NCBI RefSeq assembly: GCF_006345805.1
Contig: NC_043013.1
Coordinates: 30,938,001 to 31,002,000 of the forward strand
Source: Octopus sinensis
Taxonomy: Eukaryota
DNA: 64,000 nucleotides
Reading direction: 5' to 3'
The notes below the pieces were generated by a model, which saw only the letters and a program-made list of their open reading frames with translations, made no database searches and was not told where the DNA came from. Positions 1 through 13,853 of the stretch are shown here, in pieces. The translations under genes and the position numbers were made by a program. Numbering within the stretch: the stretch's first letter is position 1; each line of letters opens with the position of its first letter.

Positions 1-170
1 GACAGGTGTATGAACAACAATGAGGTGCATTATTTTGTCGTTTAGCAAAAATCAAAAAAACGTCTCTTATATTTCGAGCGTATGCTCTTCAACAGAAAGT
101 AATAAGAGGAAATAAAGAAAGACAGAAGGAAAAAAGGCAATTGTCTTCTACCACAGCGCCGAGTGGATCA
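1..170 (-). mobile_element. Short non-autonomous Penelope-type (pLTR-like) element, family H1, with hammerhead-like motif; truncated by window start
   Basis: Minus strand 64-98 reads TTT-CTGTTGA-A-GAGC-ATAC-GCTC-GAAA-TATA. Flanks resemble the copies at 29.2k, 31.9k and 42.6k. Confidence 0.6.
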
Positions 171-179
171 TGGCCTTTT

Positions 180-300
180 GTGTGGATTTAGTAGATGGAA
201 ACTGGGAAAATGGAAGAAGAAATATATATATTTCTGTGTGTGTGTTTGTGTTTATCCCCCTGCCGTCGCTTTGCAACCGATGCTGGTTTGTTTATATCCT
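180..300 (+). mobile_element. Internal fragment of tRNA-derived SINE family A
   Basis: gtggatttagtagatggaaactg...gcaaccgatgctggtttgtttatatcc matches the full copy at 32838-33250. Confidence 0.65.
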
Positions 301-860
301 CATATATATATATACATACATATTTATGCATAAACGCATACACAAACACGCGCGCACATATATATTGCCTACATTAACTTCTGTGCATTTTGCTTCTTTT
401 TTATTATTCAATATAATTTACCACGTGGGTTAAATGATTTTACTGGAACTTTCCATTATACGGATAAATAATGAATATGTATGTATGTATGTATATCATA
501 GACATATGAATATACACCGATATCTACTATCGCATACATTCATACAAACACACACACACACACACACATACACACACACGGACAAACACACTCACACTCG
601 TACATACACACAAAAATATCGGTGGTATCGAGTCCGTCATTGGAAAATTGTCAAACTTTTTTTCCCTCAGCAACAAAAACCTCTTAAAGCACTGATGGTG
701 TACTATGACAGACTATAGATATTTCATATACTGAATGAACAATAAATCATGGACACGAAAGTAAGATAAGCAATATTACGCAGGCTGCAAAATAAAAAGC
801 ACACACACACACACACGCATACATACTTTAATATATATATATATATATAATATGCATATA

Positions 861-901
<41 letters not shown>

Positions 902-1659
902 TAAAGACATATATGCACAGAGTATCCTATGATTGGATTAAAGCCAAATGAAAGTTCCTTCAAATGCAACTTTACAGTGTTTACACTTCGGCATTTATAT
1001 CGTCTAACAGACAAGATGTTATGACGTGTTGAGTGAAATAAAGTAGATTAAAATTATCTTTTTTCTTCTAGATCATCCACCAGGCCAGCACCCAATGTTG
1101 TTTCCATATAGTAATACTCGATTTATATGGATGCTTCTTTTTTTTTTCTTTTGCTTGTATGTTGCTGGTTTATTGATATAGAGATATAGGGTGAGAATGA
1201 CTAAAACACATAAAACTGAAGATATAACGAAAAAGGTGCCTGACGAGTGTTCGTCCTAGACTAGGTGACAGGCAATGAGTAAAGAACGCTGCAAACACAT
1301 AGAGTGAAGTGGGAAAAAAATCATAGAGACAGGGAAAGAGGAGGGGAATTGAGAGAGAGTTTTCAGACGTGAGATTTGGTTTAATTAGATATTATTTTAA
1401 TAATGTTTTAGTTTCGAAATCTTTATCCATTTCATGATTTTTTATGAGCACGAATAAAATTAATAAAAGTTAATTTATACTTCTTACCATTTCTAGTATA
1501 ATTCTTGATATTACGCACGGTTTCAAATGTATACTTCTAAAGTTAGCCGACACATGATGGATAACACTGGTATCAGAAAGAACACGTAAGATAAGCAATC
1601 TCAGTAGATTATATTATACACACACACGCACACACACATATATATATAGAGAGAGAGAA

Positions 1660-1690
<31 letters not shown>

Positions 1691-2858
1691 CATACACACA
1701 CACGTACGTACATTCAGGAGTGTAATAATGAAATAAACAAACGTGTTTCAAGAGGAAACAGCTGGCATTTAAACCTACCTACCTATTTCGCTATCTATGT
1801 ACCTATATCTGCATGTTGTTAATCATGGAACGAATTAAGAAGAAAGAAAAGAAAAAAAGTGTCTTGTCTTCTCTTATTTTATAGTTAATCCAGCCTGGTA
1901 CACACATGTGCGCGTATATATGTATATATAAATAAATATACACAGGTTTCTATTTATGCAAACAATCACGCACAGACTTACATAATCTTACACACACACA
2001 CACACTAACGCACACACATATGCGAGTGGGCATGCAGACGGACGCACACTCACGTACACATATATCTGTATGTATATATATATATATATTGTGCATATCA
2101 TATAATTATATATCAATAACTAAAGGGAAATGAGTACGCCTGTGTGTTCTAGAGTGTGTCTGTGAGGTGGATAGAAGTATGGATGCATATATTAATAGAA
2201 CGGATTGTATCCTGTGTAATATGGATATTTTCCTATGATAACCGGGATGAATTTGATACCAGTGTTCAAGTATAAGCGTAGTAGTGATGGTGGCGATGTT
2301 GATAGCGGTGGTTGTTGTGATTGTTGTGATTGCCACGGTTGTAATGGTGGCGATTATTTTCGTGTTAGTGTCGGTAACAAATTTCACACAATCAAGATGA
2401 GACCGACGATGGGGATGTTGAGAACAATATATTTCCCTGACGATGCTTGTAATGTTAGAGACGACGACGATCACAACGATGATGATGTGATGATGATAAT
2501 GATAATGGTGGTGGTGGTCGTCGTCGTCGTAGAGGTGGTGGCACTGGTGGTGATGCTGGTTTTGTTGGGGATTGTGTTAGTGGTTATTGCATAATGATAA
2601 AAAATCATCATAGTAATTAAATGGTGACAGAGTGCTTTTAAACGGAAGGGTTTAAGACGTTTTATTGAGAGTCATGAAATTCAGAAAGTACGCTATTTTG
2701 TCATTTTTAATATTTTTGAGCTATTTATTGTATTTTATAAATAATTCAAAACAAACGTCTCATGTATTTGCTTTACGTGCAATTTTCATCTTGTAATGAG
2801 GCAAAAGTTGCAAATCTTAAAATTGTGAGTGTCTTGTCGTTTTCATTATTATCATATA

Positions 2859-3077
<219 letters not shown>

Positions 3078-6005
3078 TTCCTTCTTCAACTTTTCTTCCA
3101 TTTCTCGCCGTTTGTTTTCCGTACACCTTGGGCAGAGAAGCTGATTGCATGCATTCCAAGATTACACACGCACATTTTGTAAAATATGTATTTAAAAAGA
3201 TTAATAAATAAATAAATTCATGAATAGAAGTTGTTTTCACAGCGATAATGATCTTCTCAATACATGAGTAGTTCCAGTTAACACGATTTTTTGCACTTCC
3301 TGTAGGGATAGTAAGCTTGGTATAATTTTCAAATAGGTTCAGTACCTTCTTTTTTATTATTCCTAGAGATCCTACAATCACTGGTGCTGTAGTCGCCTTG
3401 AGATACCACATTTTTTTCAATTTCTATTAGCAAGTCTTTATATTTACTGATCTTGTCAAATTCTTTCGCCGTTATATTATGATCGCAAGGAATACGCATG
3501 TCGATTAATAAACACACCTTTTCTGTCTGATCTTTTGTAATAATATCCGCTTAGCTTTTATAGTTTGTCGGTATGTACGGGAAATTCCCAGAGAATCGAC
3601 ACATTTTCTCCTTTAGTCACAGCTTCAGGATGGTGTTTATACCACTTGTCGGCGGTTTTGATTTTATAATGCCGAAATATTGTCCAGTGTAAATACAGAT
3701 CGACTCTGTCATGTCTTGTTTTATATTCTACAGGTGCGAAGACTCTACACCCTGATATTAGGTGGTCTATAGGTTTAATGTCATCGTTACAGAATCGGCA
3801 TTTTGGGTCAGCTCCATTTTTTATCACATTGGCTTGGTAGTTCCGGGTCTTGAGCAGCTAATATGAAACCTTCACTATCTGCTTTTAGTCCTGAGCTTCC
3901 TAACCACTGATGCGTATGTTTCCTGTCGACATCAGCTTGTTTGCTACTAGCCACATACTTGCTATGCAGAAGTTTCTGTTCCCATCTGCTAGATAATTTG
4001 TTACGTACTTTTGTCTTTGTAATTAATTTTGTTTTCTTTGTAGCAGAGTTGGCGGCATTTCCTTCAAACTGATCAATCTGGTGCGTATCTAAGAGATCAG
4101 TAGCGGATTGTTTGCTCTCTTTCAGAAAAGAGTAAAATCTTTTTTCGGTCTCTCATGTTTCTCAAACAGGTTTAGCATCCAGTCGTTGTTTCTTTCAAGG
4201 TATTTGGCCAGTCCCATTGTGGTGGGTTTGTACGTACGTTCAAGCTGGATCAAGCGTCGACCTCCCTGAGCTCTGGGAAGGTATAGAGAATCCACGTCTG
4301 CCTTTGGATGGTGCATATTATTACAAGTTAGTAGCTTGCGGATTTTTCTATCATTTTTTTTATTTCACTGGTATTCCAGTTAAGCACATTGATGCTATAG
4401 AGAACGACTGGGACTGCTAAGGGATTTATGGCTAACACCTTATTATATGCATTCAGCTCAGGCTTCAGGACTGCTCGAACTCTTCTATAACATTCCTTCC
4501 TAACCTTCTCTTTCATGCATACATGCTGGATACCAGAGCCTTCATTTATTCCTAGGTATTTATAGGTTTGTTCCTGCTGAAGTTCCTTTATTACTGTTTA
4601 GACATCTAATTAGATTGAACTTGACTTTACCAATTTCCCTTTCTTAAAAGTGGCTGTGGCATATTTTTCAAGGCCAAACTTCATCCCGATATTTTCACTG
4701 AATACTTTCACACTCTGTATTATATCCTTCAAGTTCTTCATTATCTTTGCTATATAGTTTTAAATCATCCATATAAAATAGATGGCTTATTTTCCTGTTG
4801 TCAATTTTGTAGCCATACCCTGTTCTATTCAGTTCACTTGAGAGTAGTATTAGTGCTATGAAGAATATTATTGGTGAATGTAAGTCACCTTGGAAAATGC
4901 CACAGTTTATGCTAATATTGTTTGAGTGCAATACCCCATTAGAATGATATAATTGGAGTGTTATGTTCCAATAGTGACATATTATACTTTTAAAAAAATC
5001 TTAAATCACTGGAGAAATTTTGAAAATGTACAGCGATTTCAGAATCCACGAATGTGGTATGCTGTCAAAGGCTTTTTTTATAATCAGTCCATGAAGAGCT
5101 GCGATTTCTGCGCTTATTGTGGCAATTCTCAGGGATTTACGATTAATTAGGAGCTGTTCTTTGCATCCGTATGAGCCTTGTTTTCATCCTCTTTGTTCAG
5201 TGGAAAAGAGGTTATTCTCTTCCATAAACATATATGTCTTCTCCACTAGAATATATGTCAAAATCTTATAGGTAGTAGACAAACATGTTATAGGCCGGTA
5301 GTTTTTTTGGGGGGGTCTTTGGCTTCGTTATTTTTGGGGAGGAGGTAAGTAATACCATTTGCCATGCAATGGGGAGTTTTTTCCGTGTCTTTCATAATAC
5401 TATCAAATAGTATTACTAACATTTTGTGTGCCGACAATAGTGATGACAGCCAGAAATTTGGTATTCTATCAATACCAGGTGATTTCCACGTATGAACCTT
5501 CGTTAGTGCCCTCTTTAGGTCGACGATTGAGATGTTCTTGTAGATTTTCGTAGGCATCTTGGGAGCGTTTAATCCAGTCTGCATTTTCATTGTATGGTTT
5601 CTCATCACTCTAGATCCCTTTCCAAAAAGTTTCAACTTCTTCCATTAGGGGTGGATTTTCAATGGTTATTTTTTTCTTTCCCCATTTCCTTATAAAATGA
5701 TTTGGCATTGGATTTCAACATCTTAATTTGCTTGAAGTATTTGATTCTTTTCTCAAATTTGTGTATTCTCTGAGCTTTTGCTTGAATGTTTTGTTTAAGT
5801 GTTTCTGTCGCTGACAATAGTTCTTCTCATATTGAGAGTCCATATTTCCTCACAATCTTTCTGCCTTTTCTTGATCTTACACCATTTCCAGAGATTAGCC
5901 CGGTTAATACGAGTTAATATTGATATCTCCCTTCGCAATGATTCAAACTCAGTTTCGATTCTACTCCTCCAGTTTGGTTTTCTTTACGAAACCTTGCCAA
6001 CCTTA
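3078..6005 (-). mobile_element. Degenerate, 5'-truncated RLE-type non-LTR retrotransposon (R4/Dong-like): RT plus CCHC finger plus restriction-like endonuclease
   Basis: Minus-strand fragments KSPGIDRIPNFWL, GITYLLPK, GIFQGD..SP, SHLFYMDDLKLY, HPKADVDSLYLPRAQGGR, CRFC..IDHLISGC..RHDRV, CLLIDMRIP.D.NI..KE..KISKYKDL. Many frameshifts; 3' end abuts (TAA)n. Confidence 0.88.
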
Positions 6006-6499
6006 GTTATTGGCGCAAAATAGATAGTCACGTGATATTAACGCACGGACCGAGTGGGAAACCTATAAAAATTTCTGAGATTACTACTAATTGCGTTATC
6101 TTGCTATATTTCATTCGACAAATAAACTTCAGACAGGTTTGATGCTAGACATCGTCACTAGACATGTTCACTCAAGCGTTACAATTTTAACTAACGGCGC
6201 CAAAGATATTGCGACATAATACTAAATGATGGACGTAGCACGGAACTTATAAAAGTTTCCAAACCTGATCACGTAATCATCCTAGACCCATTAAAATGAA
6301 TGCAAAACAGGTACTAATTTTAGCCATGTTCTGTATAAAAACAGGGAAAATTTTGAACTCCATTCAGGAGCAATCAGTTGCAGCAAATCTCCACGTCTAT
6401 CGCATATTTGAATATCAGGGAAATCTTCGAAACGAATCCCAGTGCATTTTCAAATTCTTTTTCTACATATCTGCTCTTGTAGAATAGAATGACTTCGTT

Positions 6500-6583
6500 T
6501 TATATATATATATATATATATGGGGGGGGGGGTTATGTATATATATATATATAATATATACATGTGTATCTGTGCGTGTATGT

Positions 6584-6680
<97 letters not shown>

Positions 6681-6683
6681 AAC

Positions 6684-6743
<60 letters not shown>

Positions 6744-6805
6744 GTATATATATGTATACGTATATATATATATGTATATATGTATATATAAATATTTATG
6801 TATAT
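6500..6805. repeat. (TA)n-derived microsatellite
   Basis: Direct reading. Confidence 0.9.
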
Positions 6806-7379
6806 ATGAAAGTTTATGGAATGCCAAATGCATTCAATTTTCTTTAGTAATAGAAAAACAATAAGTCACAGTTTTTTCCTTTCAACTCAGTAAAACAAAA
6901 AAAAAATGATTTGTCAACCTGGTAAGTGTCACAAGATGTGAACGGTGCTGCACCGGATAAGGCTTTCTAAAAACCAATTTCTACTTGAAAAAATATAAGA
7001 ATATACATGTGTATAGGCTGCGAAAGACAGTGAACGAGATAGAGCAGAGTAGGTGCTGATGTAGCGGCGAAATCAAGATCTCGTGCCTATAAAAGACAAT
7101 ATACACACACACACACACACACACATTTATGAAGAAAGAAACAGAAAAGAGTATATCTTATTAACCTACATTTACTACCAAACTCAGCACTCCACACCAA
7201 ATATAAATTGTTCTGATTGAAGTATTTCACGGTTGCTCTAAATTCTAGGACCTCAATGCAACCGAGAGTCTATCATGGCGAGAGATAACGTTAATATAAC
7301 ATTGCAAGTTTTGTCAAATCAATCAGCCAGAACTTCTTAAACCCTAAAAACTTGCTGATACTCAAAAGAAATTAAAAGT

Positions 7380-7530
7380 GATTTACAGTGGTGTACTGCA
7401 CCAACATCTGAGACAGCTATGCATCTGCACACATAAACAATCTTGATTGCATACACAGAAAATCCACCTGGCCAGACTTAAACTACTTGTCCGAATCTTA
7501 AACTCTTGGCTGTGATGTGGTCTGTTCTTT
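7380..7530 (+). mobile_element. Possible highly decayed Tc1/mariner catalytic-domain remnant
   Basis: CPNLKLLAVMWSVL resembles SPDLNPL..IW..L; only one motif seen. Confidence 0.3.
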
Positions 7531-9342
7531 ATCGTTACAATAGTAGCTTCTATGCTTTGCTACTGACTGGTCTTCATCGCTAAAATAAGAGATTCTGTGC
7601 TTTGGAGAAGTCTGGTCTCATACTAGCACTTCTCCATGACCATAAGTATCAAGTCTCTCTAACTTTTATTACTTGCATTATATGATATGACTAACTTTTT
7701 TCAGAATAATTGAAGATCTAGAATCTTTTCGCTGTTGTTAATCTGCAGCAGTTTTAACAGAGAATTTATGCCCTCGAGTTCACTGCTTTCGGACGGGGCT
7801 GGTGTAACAGGCACTGCTTATTTCACAAGAATCAGCAAGTAAATAAACATCCAGTTGTTGGTGAAGTTGGAAACATGAAAGTAGGTTAATACGGATTGTA
7901 AGAGAATAAAGATTCCTAGGTTGAAAATAAGTCGATGCTTTCTAATTGACTGTGTCTCTAATGCTTTTATGTTGCATCCACCATTATAATTCATGTAATA
8001 ATGCATTATGCATAAGCTGTTGCGTTTACCGAATAAGGGACAATTGTTCTTTGCGTTAGAATTTTTATAACTTTCTAAGGAAAACTTGAGATCGTTTCTT
8101 TCATTGTGCTAATTTTTCACAAGATGCTACTTCTGCATAATGCTTCATTTGACATGCGAAGGTATGTATATGTATGTAAAAGCATGAATTAACCTACAAG
8201 AATATTCCCATAAGCTAGAGATTGTGATAGAGTCTTCTGCGCTAGATTTGAAAGCAGAAATAGCTATAAATTGTATACTATGATTTTCTGATCACAAACA
8301 CGTTAATAATTGGATCGTATTAGCATGCGAACGCTTTAATATTTTAATAACATCAACGTTCTCTCTAAACGCCGTTATAACCCATTTTATAACCAAATAA
8401 TTCAATGCAACCGAAGGTATATGCACAATCCTTTCAAAGATTTGGAAATCTCTTATCCTATCCCATTCTGTGATTTCTGTTTTTCTCTTATCTAAACCTT
8501 TTCCATTCAGTTTATTCATGCCGATTCCGATAGGCGTGCAACTAGATAAAAAGTGTTTCGTTATGCATCAGTTTTCTATAAAGTTATGATTATGGACATT
8601 TGGAATTCTTCGCTGCATGTTGCGTGATTCGTTTGAAATGGTCTTTTAATCTGACATTTTCTTCCACTTCAAAATCAGTTTAATACAATGTATCTTCATA
8701 TATTTTATAAAGTTTGTACGTAACATACTTCTCATGAGTATAAATCTAAATTTGGTGCAAAATAAATTTTGTCTTGTGATATCTCAAATCACATAAGTTT
8801 GCAAAAAAGCGAAAGAACAGAATTTTGTTCGACTGCAATTTCATCAGGTCACTTATAGGGAGTGACTGGTATATTATAATGACAGAACTTAATGCGACGT
8901 AACAGGGATAAATACTGATATTTCGATTGTTAAAAACATATTTTTCTTTCTTGACGCTGCAAACTCTAAATGTATGAAGAAGACTTGTATGTGTAGGTCT
9001 TTTCGTTCTGCTATAAATTTATTGAAAGGTTTACCAGGTATAAACTGAAGAAACATTGGTCACATTTATGTAGTGAATAAATTTCATTTTACAATGAAAA
9101 TTACTACAGTAACATCGAAGTTTTGATGTTGTCTAGATTCGTTCCCGAATGTGATACGTAGTGTTTGGTACTGGTTATATGCTTTTGACAGATTTATGGA
9201 TGGGGTTATATTCAGTGCCATGTGAGTATGGGTTAAAACGGGGTGGCGTTGTCCTAACTACATAAGCGGTTAGAGTAGAAATTAAACCTGATATATTGTT
9301 TGGATAGATAAAAAAGGAAATGCTGAAAAGTATTGTTATGTA

Positions 9343-9480
9343 GAAGAAGAAGAAGAAGAAGAAGAAGAAGAAGAAGAAGAAGAAGAAGAAGAAGAAGAAG
9401 AAGAAGAAGAAGAAGAAGAAGAAGAAGAAGAAGAAGAAGAAGAAGAAGAAGAAGAAGAAGAAGAAGAAGAAGAAGAAGAA
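9343..9480 (+). repeat. Pure (GAA)n microsatellite
   Basis: Uninterrupted GAA run. Confidence 0.97.
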
Positions 9481-9786
9481 CTGATGATAAGGGGAAAACA
9501 AGTAGAGATATTTAAGATTTAGACGAATGATATATGGATGCGCTTAAGAAATATAGAAATTTAGACAAACTTTTAATTAAAGTTCATACTTTGCCATAGT
9601 TTTTATGCATTTTCGTCACTTTAATAGACGCAGACGTGAGTTTAGTGAAATTAAATTTCGTACGAGTTCAAGATTTATAAGTTACAAGTTTAAAGAAGAA
9701 AAAGTGCGTATCACAATACACAAAAAAATACTAATGAATGATTTATAAGAACATTATATATATGTATATATATATATATTATATAT

Positions 9787-9853
<67 letters not shown>

Positions 9854-9869
9854 CAGAGTGAACACATAT

Positions 9870-10087
9870 ATACATAAATGCGAAACAAGGTGGAAAAATA
9901 GTACTCGAATACCAGAGGTAGTGTAATATGCTTTATTAAAAAGCAGCAAAAAATATCACAAAGACTGTTACTCAGAATTTCATGTTCCCGTTCGTCGAAC
10001 AGATGTGTTTAAACAAAACTGTCCAACAACGGGAAGGTAAAACTCTGAGTAATGGTTTTTGTGATATTTCTCCTTTCTGTTTATAAA

Positions 10088-10090
<3 letters not shown>
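9870..10090 (-). mobile_element. Fold-back Penelope-type terminal remnant with degenerate hammerhead motif in both arms
   Basis: Inverted arms 9951-10002 and 10019-10069. Arm consensus CTGT-CCGACGA-ACG-GGAA-CGT-GAAA-CTCTGAG-TA-ACAG. Flanked by TA/TG repeats. Confidence 0.65.
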
Positions 10091-10149
<59 letters not shown>

Positions 10150-10151
<2 letters not shown>

Positions 10152-10205
10152 CAGCAATCCCTCGACTATCACGGATTTTACATTCCAACCCCGCCCCCAC
10201 GATAG
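10150..10205 (+). mobile_element. Possible pogo/Tigger-like transposon end
   Basis: TA-CAGCAATCCCTCGACTATCACGG resembles Tigger-type TIR starts; partner end not found. Confidence 0.3.
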
Positions 10206-11049
10206 GTAAACATTAGTATTGTAGTGCTGCTTTTTTTTAGTTATTTTGATAATTTGTATATATATTTATCTTATTATAAATGGAAACAACACCACGTAAA
10301 CTTAAATAAAAAACTGCAATATGAACCAATATATGGCGGGAGATTACTGCATCTCTAATATGTATATATATGTATGTATGTATGTAGTATGTATGTATGT
10401 ATGTATGTATGTATGTATGTATGTATGTATGTATGTATGTATGTATGTATATACTAAAATAGAAATCAGCAAGCGGCACTAGGGTTACAAGTTCATGCAA
10501 TGCAGTATAGTAACAAAGCCAACAAAATTAATGAAATATATGTTCTGGAAACCAAAGAGAATTTGGGGTGTTGCAGAATTATATTTCGTGTACTGAACAT
10601 CTCATTTACCAGAAATCGTATTGTTAATCAATTTCAAATAACGTTGTTAATCTGACTGGAATTCTTTTAAAAAATATCTAAGTAGTTTGGTTGATCACCC
10701 TCAGATAACGTTATAAATTGCAGGTCTGTGATCAAATTTATTCATGTTTTTACATTTTCATATTTATTCTAACATTATGAACTCCGGACAAAACTATACA
10801 AATGCCCATTTGTAAACACGGTTGGTTTTGAATCTAAAACAAATGAATATAATTTCCAATAGGGTTCAGTGATCATATAGATATTGTTGACACTGAACTA
10901 TTTTCAATAGTTTTCAGTCGCTGAAGCTAATACAACCTTACTGTTAGGAGATAAATGGAATTCCAAAGCTAGCGAAATGTCACCAGGAAACGTTAAACAT
11001 AGAGCCATGTATAGACGGTTTCAAGATTTTCGTACCGCGCTCAGTATTC

Positions 11050-11335
<286 letters not shown>

Positions 11336-11973
11336 CGTCTCCTTTTCTTCAACTCCTGCGTTTTTATTTATTTACACTTCTATCTTATTAATCACTTGTA
11401 ATATGAATACGAATGTTGTACTCAATATTCCGCTAAAGAAAACATGTCATTGTTACTTTCACTCAGCCTGTCTCGATTCATTCGGCTTTGTGCATGATGA
11501 AGGAGCTTGTGTAATTGTTATGGGAGAAGAAGACTGCAGAACAACAGCGTAGTAATAAGTAATGGCTACGATGTGGATTTCTATACTTACTTTCATGCTA
11601 TACTTGATAGATTTTCACTGACTTCACCAGTTATAAAGAAACTTCAAGACGAATAGTCTGAAAGTTTTTGTTCATTTTCGGCAGCCAATGATCTTCGACT
11701 TACAGAAAGTTGAAAACTTTAATTGAAGTATATATCAACTACAATACTTTACTGGCATTCTTCTTTTACCGAAATTGAAATAAATGAAACCAAATTCAGT
11801 TTTAGATATATTACGAGTCAGGAACTTAAAATGTGTAGCAAAATAACTCTAGACAGTTTGTCCGGTTGGCAATATAACACTATTGATCACTTACATGTAC
11901 ATAATGTTTCATGCATGTGTGTGTATGCATGTGTGTATGTGTGTGTATGTGGATATTTCTGTATATACATATG

Positions 11974-12036
<63 letters not shown>

Positions 12037-12039
12037 ATA

Positions 12040-12084
<45 letters not shown>

Positions 12085-12090
12085 TTATCC

Positions 12091-12153
12091 GGATAACTGA
12101 AGAGTTGGTGGTGTGGATTTCCACTTCGGCATCTGAAACTCAGAGTTTTATCT
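12091..12153 (+). ncRNA. Type I hammerhead-like ribozyme motif (family H2) in a pLTR-like remnant (~12082-12255)
   Basis: Stem I GGATAA/TTATCT, core CTGAAGA, extended stem II, T-GAAA, stem III CTC-A-GAG, site GTT. Homologous to 58113-58175 (-). Confidence 0.7.
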
Positions 12154-12384
12154 TGACTATCGAGTAATGTAACATATTATTGTATAGATAAATTTCCTTT
12201 ATTTACATAATATTGATGTCTCTTTTTTTCTTTTGTTATCTTACGGTTTTACCAATATATATATATACGAGAAAGAAGCAACAAGAATGGATTAGTTTTT
12301 AGTACAATTGTTTCATACAAAGACAGGCTTTATTAAAAGTTGCAAATATTGCAGCAGATAAAGTTGCAAATATTGCAGCAGATA

Positions 12385-13853
12385 AAAGATAAGGCAGGAT
12401 ACAACCAAAAGATTACATTTATTGATAAGGAGAACTTAGATATTCCTAATAAAGAAGTTACCAGTAATCACGTAAGCAGCAATATAGACCGGGCCCGAAA
12501 TAGAAGTAGAAGTAGATTCACGGTAACCACAAATCTAGCGTACAAGCCCAATAATACAAATAGAAGCATAGACCAAAGCATAGGTAACTCGGATAAAATC
12601 AAATTAGATAAATCAAAGATGCATACAAATAATGGTAATAAATACAATGACTCTGGTGATAAGAATAGTAATAATTCAACGAATCCTGATTTTAATTCAA
12701 GGAAATTTAATAAGAAAGATATAATATGGCTGAATATTCCTTTCAACTGGCCGATTCAATCGGATATACAGAGCAAATTCAAAGTAATTCTAGAAACAAA
12801 TTTCCCAATCTCTCATAGATATCATAGAATTATTTCTAAAAAAACAGTTAGGATTTCTTATTCAACCCTCCCAAATATGTCCACTTTAATAGCTAAGATT
12901 AATAATAACAACATTAAGCTAGCCAGGACAGATAAAAATAAAAATAATAATACCAACATGAATACCAATAACAATTATAATAATACTACCAACAATAAAC
13001 GCAACAATAGTAACTATCAAAACATGGGTGGAATCAGTAACCACATAATGACTAATAATAATATTAATATTAATAGGAGTAATAATAATATTGATATTAA
13101 TAGAAGTAATAATGTTAATAATAGAAGTAAGGCTAATAGAGAAAATACAGAGAGTGAAAATATCAGTGATATCTATAACAACAATATACATGCAGATAAA
13201 AATACTAGCAATAATAGTAACAGTACCAATAATGTAAATAATCATGTTGGACTTTAGACCTAAAGGATGGAGCAGAAGGATCAATAAATAATAACAATGC
13301 TTTAGATAACAGCACCAACTATAAAAATAATAATAATAATAAAGATAATTATACTCATGATAATCAAAATAACAGGAACATAAGACGTCTATCCATGAAT
13401 AATCCAACATCTGAAGTTGTTCCTCCTGCGTGTAAGTGTAAAATTAAGTCAAAATGCCCGGCACCTGGTCTATGCGGGGTAAACAACGTAATCTATAAAT
13501 GTACCATATCTACTGAGAATAACAATTTTTTTTACATTGGTTGTACGATAAATTTTAGAGATAGAGTTAGAAACCACGTCTCATCTTTTAAATTACGTCA
13601 TAAAGCTGGTACCACCACACTTTCAAATAAGATCTGGGAACTCAAAAATAATAATAGGAATTATAACCTTAAGTGGGAAATAGTTAGAAGAGCAATGCCG
13701 TATAAAAATAACAGGGTAGGTTGCCAACTCTGCTCCATGGAGACGTTTGAAATTCTAAAGCATAGAAAAAATAAGGGCTTGTTAAATAACCATATTGAAT
13801 TAGGTCAAGTTTGTGTCCACGCAAAATTGAAGACTCTAAAATATGTTACATGA
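12385..13853 (+). pseudogene. Penelope-like ORF remnant: RT-thumb end, Asn-rich linkers, GIY-YIG endonuclease; one frameshift near 13242-13257
   Basis: CKC..KCP..GLC..NVIYKC..FYIGCT.NFRDR..NH..SF..TTLS.KIW..LKWEIV..CQLC..E..LLN..EL..CVH. The endonuclease frame is open from 13242, overlapping the end of the upstream ORF. Confidence 0.85.

Noticed and set aside
1052-1175. Good splice acceptor (ttttttcttctag) followed by a short open frame
   Set aside because: No convincing donor, no recognisable protein and no partner exons.
1240-1300. CTGACGA-GTGTTC..GAACGC-TGCAAAC hammerhead-like string
   Set aside because: GAAA is broken and there is no stem I or III; likely chance.
2235-2594. Cys/Gly-rich ORF (GGCCDCCDCHGC) resembling a metallothionein or toxin
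   Set aside because: Derived from decayed (GGT/GAT/TGT)n triplet repeats.
7700-8700. Coding-like composition on the minus strand, possible old DNA transposon
   Set aside because: No motif I can identify with confidence.
13395-13853. Possible selenocysteine recoding, as reported for some Naiad elements
   Set aside because: All conserved Cys use TGT/TGC and the only TGA is the terminal stop; the TGA near 34500 is not at a Cys position.
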